Of a stretch of 64,000 nucleotides of DNA, positions 1 through 10,139 are shown piece after piece. The translations under genes were made by a program, and so were the position numbers. Source of the stretch: Verrucomicrobiales bacterium (GTDB taxonomy: Bacteria; Verrucomicrobiota; Verrucomicrobiia; Verrucomicrobiales; SLCJ01); the NCBI GenBank assembly GCA_046075565.1, contig JBJTQJ010000052.1, positions 64,001 to 128,000 on the forward strand. The letters are read 5' to 3'. The notes under the pieces were generated by a model, which saw only the letters and a list, made by a program, of their open reading frames with translations, had not been told where the DNA came from and ran no database searches. The first letter of the stretch is position 1. Each line of letters begins with the position of its first letter.

Positions 1-372
1 AAAAGCCTGCCTGCCATCCAAGCCGACCCGTCCCGCCTGCGCGAGCTTCTCTTTGAACTCCTGCGCAACGCCGCCGAAGCCGCCTCTGCCGCCGGCAATG
101 GCCAAGTCGCCTTCGACGCCTTTGCCCCCGGCCAAGCGAGCCCGATGGACGACCCGCATGTCGATATCTTTATCCGCAACTCCGGTCAGACCATCACTTC
201 TGCCAAAATCGCCACCGCCTTCGAACCCTTCCACGGCACCAAAGGTAGCGACCATTTCGGCCTCGGCCTGCCCACCGCCGCCATGATCACCCAGCATCTC
301 GGTGGCAAACTCGGCATCCGCAGCCACGAAGGCACCACCACCGTCTGGCTCGCCCTTCCTGCTCTGCCTTGA
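1..372 (+). CDS. Sensor histidine kinase, C-terminal HATPase_c domain (5' partial)
   Basis: Frame 1 is open from base 1: DPSRLRELLFELLRNAAEA (N box), FEPFHGTK (F box), GLGL (G2 box). Confidence 0.85.
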   Translation, partial: KSLPAIQADPSRLRELLFELLRNAAEAASAAGNGQVAFDAFAPGQASPMDDPHVDIFIRNSGQTITSAKIATAFEPFHGTKGSDHFGLGLPTAAMITQHLGGKLGIRSHEGTTTVWLALPALP

Positions 373-434
373 TCAATTGGTGAAGACACATTCGCGATGG
401 AATTTCCCGCGAGCTGTCCCACCATGATCGCGAT

Positions 435-1832
435 ATGACCGAAATCTCTTCCGCCGAGCGCAAAATGCTCGACCATGGTCTCGGAGAAGCCGCCATCCGG
501 GCCTTCGCCCATGCCCGAGCGGTCCATCTCTCGGGAGCTTCCTCGCTACTCGGTGAATTGGAAATCGAGCCTGCCACCGGCCTCGCGTCGAGCACTCATC
601 TTGATGCCCCGCCCGCCGGCGACGAACTCATCGCCCGCACCGTCGTGATCAAACTCAACGGCGGACTGGGCACCGGCATGGGTTTGGAAAAAGCCAAATC
701 ACTGCTTGTGGTCAAAGAGGGTCACAGCTTCCTCGATCTCATCGCCCGGCAAATCCTCCATCAGCGCGCGACTGCGCCCTCGTTGCGCTTCTTGCTGATG
801 AATAGCTTCAGCACCAGCGACGATACCCGCGCCGCTCTCTCGGCGCATCCCGATCTCGGTGATCCCGCCGCGCTCGAAATCATGCAAAACCGCGTGCCGA
901 AACTCCGCGCCGACAATGGCGAACCCGTCGAGTGGCCCGCCAATCCCTCCCAGGAATGGTGCCCGCCCGGCCATGGCGACATCTACGCGGCGTTGTTAGG
1001 AAGCGGATGGCTCGACCGCCTGCTCGCCGAAGGCGTGCTCTATGCCTTCATTTCGAATTCCGATAACCTCGGTGCCACCCTTGATGCGAATTTGCTCGGC
1101 CACTTCGCCGCTTCCGGCGCCCCTTTCCTCATGGAAGTGACCCGTCGCACCGAAGCGGATAAAAAAGGCGGCCACCTCGCCGTGCGCAAAAAGGATGGCC
1201 GACTTGTACTGCGCGAATCCGCCCAGTGTCCGAAAGAAGACGAAGCAGCCTTCCAGGACATCGACCGCCACCGCTACTTCAATACCAACAACCTCTGGTT
1301 GCGACTCGACCGACTGAAGGAAGCGCTCGACGAAGCGGGCGGAGTCCTCCCATTGCCGGTCATGCGCAATCACAAGACCGTCGATCCGCGCGACCCGCAA
1401 AGCCCGCCCGTCGTGCAACTCGAAACCGCCATGGGCGCGGCCATCGAATGTTACCCCGGTGCTGACGCCATCGAAGTGCCCCGCACCCGTTTCGCGCCCG
1501 TGAAGACGACCGCTGATTTGTTGGTCCTCCGTTCCGACGCGTGCGTGCTCACGCCCGACTGGCGTGTCGAATTGCATCCCGACCGCGAAGGCGTGCCACC
1601 CGTGCTCGACCTCGATCCGAAAGAAACGAAACTCGTCGATGGGCTTGAGACTGTTTTCGGCACCGGCGCGCCGTCCCTGCTCGCTTGCGATCGACTACTC
1701 ACCCGTGGACCGATGATCATTCCCGCCGGAGCCGCTTTCGCCGGAAAAGTGGAAATCCACAATCTTTCGTCTGAACGAATCGCCATTCCCGCGCGTCTCT
1801 ATGAGGACGAATCCGTGCCACTCGCGCCGTGA
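435..1832 (+). CDS. UTP--glucose-1-phosphate uridylyltransferase, eukaryotic-type UDPGP family
   Basis: Motifs KLNGGLGTGMG..KAKS, WCPPGHGD, SNSDNLGA, KKGGHL, FNTNNLW, LETAMGAAI, RFAPVK. Confidence 0.93.
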   Translation: MTEISSAERKMLDHGLGEAAIRAFAHARAVHLSGASSLLGELEIEPATGLASSTHLDAPPAGDELIARTVVIKLNGGLGTGMGLEKAKSLLVVKEGHSFLDLIARQILHQRATAPSLRFLLMNSFSTSDDTRAALSAHPDLGDPAALEIMQNRVPKLRADNGEPVEWPANPSQEWCPPGHGDIYAALLGSGWLDRLLAEGVLYAFISNSDNLGATLDANLLGHFAASGAPFLMEVTRRTEADKKGGHLAVRKKDGRLVLRESAQCPKEDEAAFQDIDRHRYFNTNNLWLRLDRLKEALDEAGGVLPLPVMRNHKTVDPRDPQSPPVVQLETAMGAAIECYPGADAIEVPRTRFAPVKTTADLLVLRSDACVLTPDWRVELHPDREGVPPVLDLDPKETKLVDGLETVFGTGAPSLLACDRLLTRGPMIIPAGAAFAGKVEIHNLSSERIAIPARLYEDESVPLAP

Positions 1833-2539
1833 ACGAAACCCCGACCATCAGTCCGCCGCACCGCAAATCCCGCGCCCTTCCGCGTGGTCTCGCCATCGCC
1901 GTGATCATCCTCGCCCTCGCGGGGGGAGGATGGATCCTGCTCGACAAACTCGCGAATCTTCCCGCCCAAGTTGCCGGAGGACTCGGCAATGCGGCCGCCG
2001 ACACCGCCCGCGCCATGGCCCGCGTGGTCAAAGATGCCCTGACCATCGAGCCGAAGATCATCGTCTCTTCAACCATCATCCATGAAGGCGCGAAAGGAGC
2101 CTTTGAAGTGACCTTCGCCGAGCAGGAAATGACCCACGACCTTCGTTACGAAACCACCTGGCTCGGCAGCCGTAAGGTCCTGCATGCGCGCGGGCGATTC
2201 ACCGTAAAGGCCGGCTACAATCTTGCCGACGGCGAATGGTTCGTCGAACAAAAGCCCGACGGAACATGGATCGTCAATCTTCCCGACCCCACCGTGCTCT
2301 CCTGTGAACTGAAGGAGATCAACATGGTCGCCGATGACGATGGCATGTGGAATAAACTCAATGCCACCGACCGCACGCAGGTTCACCAGCAACTGCTCAC
2401 CGAAGCCCGCGCCAAAGCCGGGAACAAGGAATTGTTCGAACAGGTGGAAAAGGAACTCGGCCGCCGCCTGCGCGAGGCTGCCGCGCGCGAACAAGGAACA
2501 CCCGTGCCCGCCATCGGTCATTCCAACTCCCTCCTCTAA
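1829..2539 (+). CDS. DUF4230-like membrane-anchored protein
   Basis: N-terminal TM helix; GRFTVKAGYNL and LPDPTVLS motifs; GTGA overlap with the upstream gene. Confidence 0.7.
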   Translation: MNETPTISPPHRKSRALPRGLAIAVIILALAGGGWILLDKLANLPAQVAGGLGNAAADTARAMARVVKDALTIEPKIIVSSTIIHEGAKGAFEVTFAEQEMTHDLRYETTWLGSRKVLHARGRFTVKAGYNLADGEWFVEQKPDGTWIVNLPDPTVLSCELKEINMVADDDGMWNKLNATDRTQVHQQLLTEARAKAGNKELFEQVEKELGRRLREAAAREQGTPVPAIGHSNSLL

Positions 2540-2546
2540 CAAACCC

Positions 2547-2834
2547 GTGCTACCCAATCCCCTACAGAAAAACCAAACCACCGGCAACCCGATCAAATCC
2601 CACGCCATGGCCGGGCTCGGTGCGTTCTGCGCTTTCTATCTGGCCAATCCCGGCTGGGGATTGATCGACTTTATCCCGGACAATCTCCCCATCATCGGCA
2701 ACTTCGACGAAGCCGTGGCGAGCCTGCTCCTGCTGCGCGTTCTCGCCTACTTCGGTATCAACCTCGTCGGCATCGGCGGCAAAAACCCGCCCGCCCAGGG
2801 CCGTGTCATCGATATCGACGGACCGGGGAAGTGA
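2547..2834 (+). CDS. DUF1232 (YkvA-like) small membrane protein; start uncertain
   Basis: IDFIPDNLPIIGNFDEA motif; in-frame GTG at 2547. Confidence 0.75.
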   Translation: MLPNPLQKNQTTGNPIKSHAMAGLGAFCAFYLANPGWGLIDFIPDNLPIIGNFDEAVASLLLLRVLAYFGINLVGIGGKNPPAQGRVIDIDGPGK

Positions 2835-2872
2835 TTGCAATGGGTGTCCCATCGAAGCATACTTTCCGGTCC

Positions 2873-2905
2873 TTGCACCGGCGAGCCATTTCGGCTAGGT
2901 TAGCC
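2873..2905 (+). promoter_or_regulatory. Putative sigma70 promoter with overlapping palindrome for the TA operon
   Basis: TTGCAC-N17-TAGGTT ends 6 nt before ATG 2908; GGCTA-ggt-TAGCC inverted repeat overlaps the -10 element. Confidence 0.5.
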
Positions 2906-2907
2906 AC

Positions 2908-3207
2908 ATGAGTCCACAGACCATCGAAGTCAGGGTCGATCCCGCATTGAAAAAGAAAGCCACCAAGGTTTTGGACGGGCTTGGGCTCGACATGGAAAGC
3001 GCGGTGCGCGTTTTTCTTACCAAGGTGGTCTCGACCCATTCGATCCCCTTTGCTCTCGCCGAAGAGCCGGAGAACTACCGCTTCAGCGCGAAGGAAACAA
3101 AAGAGATCCTCGCGGCCAAGCGCGAAGCTCGGAAAAAGAACCAACTAAGCGGACCTTTCACATCGGCGGAGGCGCTCGTTGGCCATCTGCGCAAAGCTCG
3201 TCCGTGA
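2908..3207 (+). CDS. RelB/DinJ family antitoxin
   Basis: IEVRVDPALKKKATKVLDGLGLDMESAVRVFL..IPF ribbon-helix-helix pattern; overlaps the toxin gene. Confidence 0.9.
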   Translation: MSPQTIEVRVDPALKKKATKVLDGLGLDMESAVRVFLTKVVSTHSIPFALAEEPENYRFSAKETKEILAAKREARKKNQLSGPFTSAEALVGHLRKARP

Positions 3208-3464
3208 AGGTTCAAACCACCAACCGTTTCGACAAAGCATTCGCACGTTTGGCCCCCAGGGACCAAAGGCGAGTGGAAGCGGTCCTGATGCTCTTCATGG
3301 ATCAGCCTTTCCATCCCTCGTTGAAAAACCACGCACTCTCCGGAAAGCTGCGTGGCACGCGCGCCTTCAGCGCCGGCTATGACCTGCGAATCGTCTATGA
3401 GGAGGAGGGTGGCCATGCCCTTGTGTTGCTGCTGAACACGGGAACGCATGACGAGGTTTATTGA
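3204..3464 (+). CDS. RelE/YafQ family mRNA interferase toxin
   Basis: HPSLKNHALSGKL, YDLRIVY, C-terminal GTHDEVY. Confidence 0.9.
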   Translation: MKVQTTNRFDKAFARLAPRDQRRVEAVLMLFMDQPFHPSLKNHALSGKLRGTRAFSAGYDLRIVYEEEGGHALVLLLNTGTHDEVY

Positions 3465-3575
3465 AGAGCCTCCCACAAGCGTCACTCCCCGGAAAATCTT
3501 CCGTTATTGTATCGGCGAGCCAATGGGCACCGCCTATTTTCCAAGAAAGACGCGCCACCACAATCCCCCTACCAA

Positions 3576-3619
3576 CCGGAGGAACACGATCCCGCGATGT
3601 CGTGTCCGTTGCCTGCGCG
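3576..3619 (+). repeat. GGAG-type REP-like palindrome, copy 1
   Basis: 39/44 identical to 39563..39606. Confidence 0.75.
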
Positions 3620-3705
3620 CATCCCTCCCCCAAGGCCAGCCGGATTGTGTCCCAGAGCCACGGGCCAGCCCCATTGTCTCCAAAAGACATTTTCTATTTT
3701 GCTGT

Positions 3706-3721
3706 CGGCATGTTAAATGCT
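3706..3721 (+). promoter_or_regulatory. Putative sigma54 (-24/-12) promoter
   Basis: cGGCATGttaaaTGCT with exact GG-N10-GC spacing, about 20 nt before ATG 3743. Confidence 0.55.
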
Positions 3722-3742
3722 TAATAGTTACAAAGCACCATC

Positions 3743-4213
3743 ATGGATACCCCACCGCCTCCACCACCTCCTTCCGAACCAGCCACCCCGCCACCACCTC
3801 CGCCGGCTGTGGCGAATGGCACGGCATCTTCGGAAACCGGGCTGGCACCGAACATCGCCGCTGCTCTGGCCGTCTTTTTCTCCTTAATCGGGGGCATCGC
3901 CTTTCTGGTGCTTGAGAAGAAAGACCAGTTCGTCCGCTTCCACGCCATGCAGTCCGTCATCTTCGGTGGCATCAATGTCGTCTTCTGGACGGTGTTTTCG
4001 GTTGCCGGGTTCATTCTCGCCTTTATTCCGTTCATCAATATCATCGCCGGCCTGGCGATGCTGATCGTCGGACCGATTGTCGGTTTGGTCATCCTCTGCA
4101 TCTGGGTCTTCCATGTCTTCAAGGCATTCAGCGGTCAGGAATACAGCCTGCCCTGGGTTGGCAAAATGGCCCGCCAGCAACTCGCCAAGATGGGTGGGCC
4201 TCCGGTGGCGTGA
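3743..4213 (+). CDS. DUF4870 family membrane protein
   Basis: Pro-rich N-terminus; GLAPNIAAAL, EKKDQFVRFHAMQS, YSLPWVG. Confidence 0.85.
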   Translation: MDTPPPPPPPSEPATPPPPPPAVANGTASSETGLAPNIAAALAVFFSLIGGIAFLVLEKKDQFVRFHAMQSVIFGGINVVFWTVFSVAGFILAFIPFINIIAGLAMLIVGPIVGLVILCIWVFHVFKAFSGQEYSLPWVGKMARQQLAKMGGPPVA

Positions 4214-4272
4214 CAAATTGCCCGCCGTGGTGTAATCTGCCGACATCGGGCCGCTGTGCCCGTCGCCTGCCC

Positions 4273-5601
4273 GTGATCCGATTTCCCATCCATCTTCGAA
4301 CCTGGCTTCCGGTCATTTTGGCCGGGTTGATGGTTTCTTGTGGAAAGTCCCCCACGGTCGAAACGAGCGATGAAGGGCACACGGACTCCACCGAGATCGC
4401 GGCCGAAGCCTTCGCGGAAGCTCCGGAAGTCGAGCCGGCCGCGCCCGTCTTCGTGCACGACAAGTCGCCGCAGGTTTCCATTCTGCTTTACCATGAGTTC
4501 TCCGCCTCGGGCGCTGCCACGGATATGACCATTCCGACGGCGGACTTCCGCGAGCAAATGCAACGCATCAAGGATAGCGGGCATGCGGTGATCAGCATGG
4601 AGGACTTCCTGGCTTGGAAACGCGGTGAAAAAAATATCCCCGATCCAAGTTTCATGATCACGATGGACGACGGATGGCGCTCGGTTTATACCGATGCCTA
4701 TCCCATTCTGAAGGAGTTCGGATTTCCTTTTACCATTTATCTCTACACGAATTATATAGCCGGCGGCAGCAAATCGCTGAGTATCGAGATGATCAAGGAG
4801 ATGTTGGACAACGGCGCGACCCTCGGGTGTCACAGCCGCAGCCATCCTTATCCTCCAACCGTGCGCGCGGCCGTGGCCAAGGGACCCGAGTCTGCCGCTG
4901 AGTTTTTCCGCCGTGAGATGGTGGAAACCGCCGACAAACTCGAAAGCCTGATCGGTGTGCGCCCGAAAACCTACGCTTACCCCGGTGGCTTCCATTTGCC
5001 CGAGATGGCCCCTTTCGCCGAAGAAGCAAAATACGAGGCCCTCTTCACCGTCAATCCCGCCAAGGTGACATGGGAAACACCGATGGACGAGGTCCACCGC
5101 TATGTCATTCTCGGCAAAGCATCATCCAGCTTCGCGTCGGCCACCTCGTTCAGCGGCATTCCGCTCGGTCGCCGCTTGCTCGGAGCGGATGGCAAGGAAT
5201 TGAAACTCGCGGTCGCGCCCGCCGATGGAAGCACCATCACGGAACGTCAACCGGAGATCACGGCTGATCTCACACCCATTCCCGATCTCGATCCCTCAAC
5301 GGTCTTCCTGCGCGTGACCGGACTGGGCCGGGTCGATGCGACTTTCGACCCCGCGACCAAACAATTGAGTTACCGCATGCCGGTGCGGCTGCGCCAGCCG
5401 GAATGTTCGGTTTTCCTTTACTGGAAACGTCTCAACGAGGAAGAATACGATGCGCCCATGGTATGGAGCTTCAACCTCGATCGACGCGCCAGTTTGTTGG
5501 GAGAAATTCCTCCGCCGCCAGCAGGCGCAAAAGCCCCGCCACCGGTCAACAACGCCTTGAACGCGCCCGCAGCTCCCTCTGAAAACGGAAAGCAAGGGTG
5601 A
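4273..5601 (+). CDS. Polysaccharide deacetylase family lipoprotein; start uncertain
   Basis: Lipobox-like LMVSC; ILLYH, ITMDDG, HSRSH, YAYPGG. Confidence 0.85.
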   Translation: MIRFPIHLRTWLPVILAGLMVSCGKSPTVETSDEGHTDSTEIAAEAFAEAPEVEPAAPVFVHDKSPQVSILLYHEFSASGAATDMTIPTADFREQMQRIKDSGHAVISMEDFLAWKRGEKNIPDPSFMITMDDGWRSVYTDAYPILKEFGFPFTIYLYTNYIAGGSKSLSIEMIKEMLDNGATLGCHSRSHPYPPTVRAAVAKGPESAAEFFRREMVETADKLESLIGVRPKTYAYPGGFHLPEMAPFAEEAKYEALFTVNPAKVTWETPMDEVHRYVILGKASSSFASATSFSGIPLGRRLLGADGKELKLAVAPADGSTITERQPEITADLTPIPDLDPSTVFLRVTGLGRVDATFDPATKQLSYRMPVRLRQPECSVFLYWKRLNEEEYDAPMVWSFNLDRRASLLGEIPPPPAGAKAPPPVNNALNAPAAPSENGKQG

Positions 5602-5688
5602 AGTGTTTCTCGCTCGCTTCGTGGCCAAGCCAGGAAACGCCTCCGCGCGTTGACAAAGCGCCCTGTCGGCCCGTCATTGTCCGCGCCC

Positions 5689-6507
5689 ATGCCGCCCCCT
5701 CCGTTCCAGAAGATTTTCGGCCCGCTTACCATGCCGGGTATCCTGCGCATTTGGGTCGGGTTCCAAGGCATCGTGTTTCTCCTTTTGATGGTGCGTGGTC
5801 CGGTCGGCGCGAGGGATATTTATGAAATGCTGATGCTGGATTGGGACCGGATCCTCAGCGGCCAAGTTTGGAGAGTGGTGAGTTTCATTCTTATACCTCC
5901 GGTCAGCCCGTTTTCCACGACCGGTCTCCTCTTCATGTTTTTCCTGGTGATGTTCACCTTCTTCGTGAACGACATCCTGGAGCAAGCTTGGGGCAGCCGG
6001 GGTCTGAGCGCTTTCTTTTTCACCGGCGTGGTCGCCTGCATCGGCGCAAGTTCCCTTTTCCCGCCCGCCCAGTTTTCCGCCGCCGCTTACCTCGGAGCGA
6101 GTGCCTTAATGGCTGCTTCGACGGTGGCCCCGCGATTGGAGGTCCGGTTGATGTTCGTGCTTCCGGTGCCGCTGTATGTCGTCGGTGGGTTGGCAGGCGT
6201 GGGATTGCTCGCCGATGTCTTCCGCATCGGGCGAGTCGCTCCGGCTTACTCGATGGTGCCGCTTTTGGCCGTGGCCAACTATCTGATCTGGGCCGTGCCG
6301 ATTTTCACGCGTTATCTCGCCCATCGCGGGGAGACCCGCGAGCGTCGCGCGCGCTTCGAGGAAGGGAAAGTGGCCAAAGGGGATGCCTTCCATACCTGTG
6401 AGTCCTGCGGCGCGACGGAAATCAGCCATCCGGACCACGAATTCCGCATTACCGCCGCCGGAAGGGAACTGTGTAACGTCTGTCGCGAGGAAGCCCCGAA
6501 GTCTTGA
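5689..6507 (+). CDS. Rhomboid-like multi-pass membrane protein with C-terminal Cys/His zinc ribbon
   Basis: GQVWRVVSFILIP; FHTCESCG...LCNVC. Confidence 0.65.
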   Translation: MPPPPFQKIFGPLTMPGILRIWVGFQGIVFLLLMVRGPVGARDIYEMLMLDWDRILSGQVWRVVSFILIPPVSPFSTTGLLFMFFLVMFTFFVNDILEQAWGSRGLSAFFFTGVVACIGASSLFPPAQFSAAAYLGASALMAASTVAPRLEVRLMFVLPVPLYVVGGLAGVGLLADVFRIGRVAPAYSMVPLLAVANYLIWAVPIFTRYLAHRGETRERRARFEEGKVAKGDAFHTCESCGATEISHPDHEFRITAAGRELCNVCREEAPKS

Positions 6508-6596
6508 GAATCAACGGGCCTTTGCCAGACGTTTCCTTACTGCGGTGACGCTGATTCGGTCGTGGACAAATTTGCCGGATTGGCGTCCATTTCCCT

Positions 6597-7649
6597 ATGA
6601 CTCCGCGTGCCCCTCTTCTCCTTTCTCTCGTGTTGCTCCTCACGCCGCTGGCCGGCGCCGGAGAACGACCGGAAGACCCGTTGGTCAAGTCCGCGCCTCC
6701 CTTGGCCACCACGCCGGATGATCCATCCATCGACACACGATTCAACTTGAAACGCCTGCCCGAAAACGACAGCGACCTGCAACTCATCCAGGCGGCCGTT
6801 GACAAATCCCTGCCCCGTTCCCTCAAGGCACTGGTCTGCATCGAAATGGGAGGCGGCTCCGGCAGCGGGGTCATTGTCTCCCCGAATGGTCTCATCCTTT
6901 CCGCCGCCCACGTGGTCATGGAGCCGGGCAAGGACCTCGACATCATTCTTCCGGGAGGAAAAAAAGTCAAAGCCGAGACCCTCGGCCTCGTGCCGGATAC
7001 GGATGCAGGTATGGCCCGTATCATCGACGAGGGCACCTACGACTATGTGCCCTTGGGCGATTACGCTTCGCTCAAACTCGGCCACTGGTGCTACGCACTC
7101 GGACATTCCGGTGGCTGGGATGAGAAACGCGGCCCGGTCGTGCGCATCGGTCGCATCATTCGCCTCAAGGACGGGACGATGCAGTCGGACTGCAAACTCA
7201 TCGGCGGCGATTCCGGTGGTCCCATCTTTGACATGCAGGGACGGCTGATCGGTATCAACAGCCGTGTGGGCAGCAACGTCGAGGAGAGTTTGCACTGCCC
7301 GACGGATGTTTACATTCGCGAGGACGTGCCAATGCGCAAAGGACTGGTGGTCGGCCAGGACGAGCCCGCGTTCTTCGGGGTCACTACCGTCGAAAACGAC
7401 GGCAAAGGCGTGCGGGTGACCAAAGTGCTGGAAGACGGACCGGCGGACAACGCGGGTTTGAAAGAGAAAGACACCATCCTCTCCGTTTTTGGTGAAGCCA
7501 TCGCCGACAAGGCGGCTTTTTCCGCCATCATCAGCGCGACCAAAGCGGGTGAGCGCATCCCCATTCGCGTGCGCCGGGCCGATGGGAAGGAAGAAGATAT
7601 CTGGATGCGTTCAACCAGCCGTGATGGCTTCGACGTGATGGGCACGTGA
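6597..7649 (+). CDS. HtrA-like S1C serine protease with PDZ domain
   Basis: Signal peptide; catalytic triad in SAAHV, TDAG and GGDSGGP; C-terminal PDZ. Confidence 0.9.
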   Translation: MTPRAPLLLSLVLLLTPLAGAGERPEDPLVKSAPPLATTPDDPSIDTRFNLKRLPENDSDLQLIQAAVDKSLPRSLKALVCIEMGGGSGSGVIVSPNGLILSAAHVVMEPGKDLDIILPGGKKVKAETLGLVPDTDAGMARIIDEGTYDYVPLGDYASLKLGHWCYALGHSGGWDEKRGPVVRIGRIIRLKDGTMQSDCKLIGGDSGGPIFDMQGRLIGINSRVGSNVEESLHCPTDVYIREDVPMRKGLVVGQDEPAFFGVTTVENDGKGVRVTKVLEDGPADNAGLKEKDTILSVFGEAIADKAAFSAIISATKAGERIPIRVRRADGKEEDIWMRSTSRDGFDVMGT

Positions 7650-7670
7650 ACCACTGATCACACCAATACC

Positions 7671-8654
7671 ATGAGAACAATCTTCATCCTCATCACCGCG
7701 ATTCTGTCCTCTGCTGCCCTTGCGCAGGTCGATGCCTTGCCCGCCACCGAACGAGTGAATGGCATGGAAACCACCCGCGCGTTCACCGCCGCCATCGCAT
7801 CCATGCGCGCGAGCGTGCTCACGTTGCACAACCCCGGAGAACGGGATCCCATGGCCATGGCCACCTTGGTTGCTCCGGGCATCGCCGTCGCCAAAGCCAG
7901 TGATCTCGAAGGCAAAAGCTCGTTCGAGGCCCGCGACGAACGCCGCCGGACGATCAAGGTTTCCCTCGACCGCGTGGATGAGCCGTCGGATCTCGCCGTC
8001 CTGAAAGTGGAGTGGGAAGGCGGCAAACCCATCAACTGGGCCGATGATGCACCCCAACTCGGAAAGTGGGTGGTCGCCACCACGCCCCGCATTGGCATGG
8101 TGCGTGTCGGTTTGAATGCCGCCAACATGCGTCCCATCGATAGCCGCGGCGCCAGCCTCGGAGCCATGCTCGAGGATGCACCGAAGAAAAAGAAGGGTTG
8201 TCTGGTTGGTGATGTCATCCCCGATGCGGCCGCACAGAAAGGTGGCATGGAGAAAGAAGACATCATCGTGAAGGCCGGTGACAAGGCTATCACCAAACGG
8301 GAGGATCTTTCCGAATACCTCAAAGCGAAAAAGCCCGGTGAGGTCGTGAAGTTTGAAGTCCTGCGCAAGGGCAAATCGGTGAAACTCGACGTCACGCTCG
8401 ACTCGCCTTCGGACGTGCTCGACAAGATGAACCGCAACCAGCAGATGAGCGGTCGCACCTCCCGGCGCAAGGATCCCTTCCCGATGATCCTGCAAACCGA
8501 TATCCCCGTGCCGCCGGAATCCATGGGCAGTCCCTTGCTCAATCTCGACGGTCTCGCTATCGGCATTCTCATTTCCCGCACCGACCGCGTCACCACCTAC
8601 GCCTTGCCAAAGGACGTGGTGCTCAAGGTGTTGGAAGGTGTGGCGAAGGAGTAA
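7671..8654 (+). CDS. Trypsin-fold/PDZ protein, probably catalytically inactive
   Basis: Signal peptide; AKASDL, SDLAVLKV, ESMGSPLLNLDG; PDZ domain internal. Confidence 0.75.
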   Translation: MRTIFILITAILSSAALAQVDALPATERVNGMETTRAFTAAIASMRASVLTLHNPGERDPMAMATLVAPGIAVAKASDLEGKSSFEARDERRRTIKVSLDRVDEPSDLAVLKVEWEGGKPINWADDAPQLGKWVVATTPRIGMVRVGLNAANMRPIDSRGASLGAMLEDAPKKKKGCLVGDVIPDAAAQKGGMEKEDIIVKAGDKAITKREDLSEYLKAKKPGEVVKFEVLRKGKSVKLDVTLDSPSDVLDKMNRNQQMSGRTSRRKDPFPMILQTDIPVPPESMGSPLLNLDGLAIGILISRTDRVTTYALPKDVVLKVLEGVAKE

Positions 8655-8709
8655 GCGGGAAAGACCGGGACGCCTTACCACGGTCAGGAACGTGGCCGAC
8701 CTTGAAAGC

Positions 8710-8813
8710 GGCAGGGACCGCTGTCCCAACAGTCCGTGAGCTCGCGAGGAAATCGCAAACGCAGAAGTGTGGCGGATCTTCTCCCGCGGACGTTTGGGAC
8801 AAACGTCCCTGCC
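8710..8813. repeat. Inverted REP pair (REPIN-like)
   Basis: GGCAGGGACCGCTGTCCCAACAGTCCG at 8710..8736; inverted copy at 8787..8813 (22/27 identical). Confidence 0.75.
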
Positions 8814-8941
8814 CTTGTCGTTTGGACGATGGTGTGGCATCAGCGATCACAGCACCACAAGGCCGGGAGCACATGCTCCGTGCCAGCGTTTCCCCCATTT
8901 CCCCGCTTGTCGCATGGCCAGACGGGGTGTTGAGTTGACAG

Positions 8942-10132
8942 ATGTAAATCCTCGTCCATGACTACGCCGGCCATGCCTTTCCCGTGCCTTTGAGCAGGGC
9001 CTTGGCTGCCCGTGGTCACGAGGTGGCCCACGCCTTCCCATCCAGCCTGCAAACCCCGCGCGGGGAACTCCGCCGCCGCGATGGCGATCCCACCGGACTT
9101 TCGTTCCACGAGATCGCCATGGATCCAGAGTATCCGAAATACAAATACTCGTTCGTGCGCCGGCGCTCCATGGAGGTCGCCTACGGGCACGCGGCCGCCG
9201 CCTTTATCCGGTCGTGGAAACCGGATATCACCATCTCCGGCAACACCCCCACGGAAACCCAGGAGCCGATCAGCCGGGCCGCCAACGAGAACGGGGGGCG
9301 ATTCTACTACTGGGTGCAGGATTTCTACAGCCTGGCCGTGGACAAACTGCTGCGGAAAAAGATCCCCATCGTCGGAGGTTGGGTCGGGGCCTACTATAAG
9401 ATGTTAGAAAGGAAGCAGTTCGAGCGCAGCTCCGGCGTGGTCGCCATCACGGGCGATTTCACGCCGATCCTGCGTGATGAGTTCGGCGCGCCCGAATCAA
9501 AGGTCGCGGTCATTCCGAATTGGGCGGTGCTCGAGGCGCTGCCGCAGCGGCCGAAGGACAACCCATGGTCCCGACGCATGGGTTTGCACGACAAATTCGT
9601 TTTCCTTTGCTCGGGAACGCTCGGCATGAAACACAATCGCGCGCTCTTGCTCGAACTCGCGCGAACCCATCGCACCAATCCCGAGGTCCGCGTGGTCGTG
9701 GTTTCCGAAGGAATCGGCTCCGAGTGGTTGAAAAAGGAATCCGCCGATTTGCCCAACCTTATTCTTCTTCCTTACCAGGACTTCTCCGAACTGCCCGACA
9801 TGCTGGCGAGCGGCGATGTGTTGGTGAGCGTGCTCGAGGAAGACGCCGGGGTCTTTTCCGTGCCATCCAAGGTCCTCAGCTATCTCTGTGCCGGACGCGC
9901 CATCCTGCTTGCCGTGCCGGAGGTGAATCTCGCCGCGCGGATCGTGCGCGAACACGAAGCGGGCTTGACCGTGCCACCGGCAGATATGGCGGGCTTCCTC
10001 CGCGCCGCCGCCGCGTTGCTCGCCGACCCCGCCGAGCGGGAGCGCAAGGGAAGCAACGCGCGCAGTTACGCCGAAGCCACTTTCGATATCGAGGAAACGA
10101 CAAGGAAGTTCGAATCGCTGTTCCGCATCTAG
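8942..10132 (+). CDS. GT4 (WcaI-like) glycosyltransferase with TAA at codon 2 (pseudogene or sequence error)
   Basis: Reads ATG TAA ATC CTC GTC CAT GAC TAC = M*ILVHDYAGH, in frame with ORF 8984..10132; SGTLGMKH and SVPSKVLSYL motifs. Confidence 0.8.
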
Positions 10133-10139
10133 CAACCCC

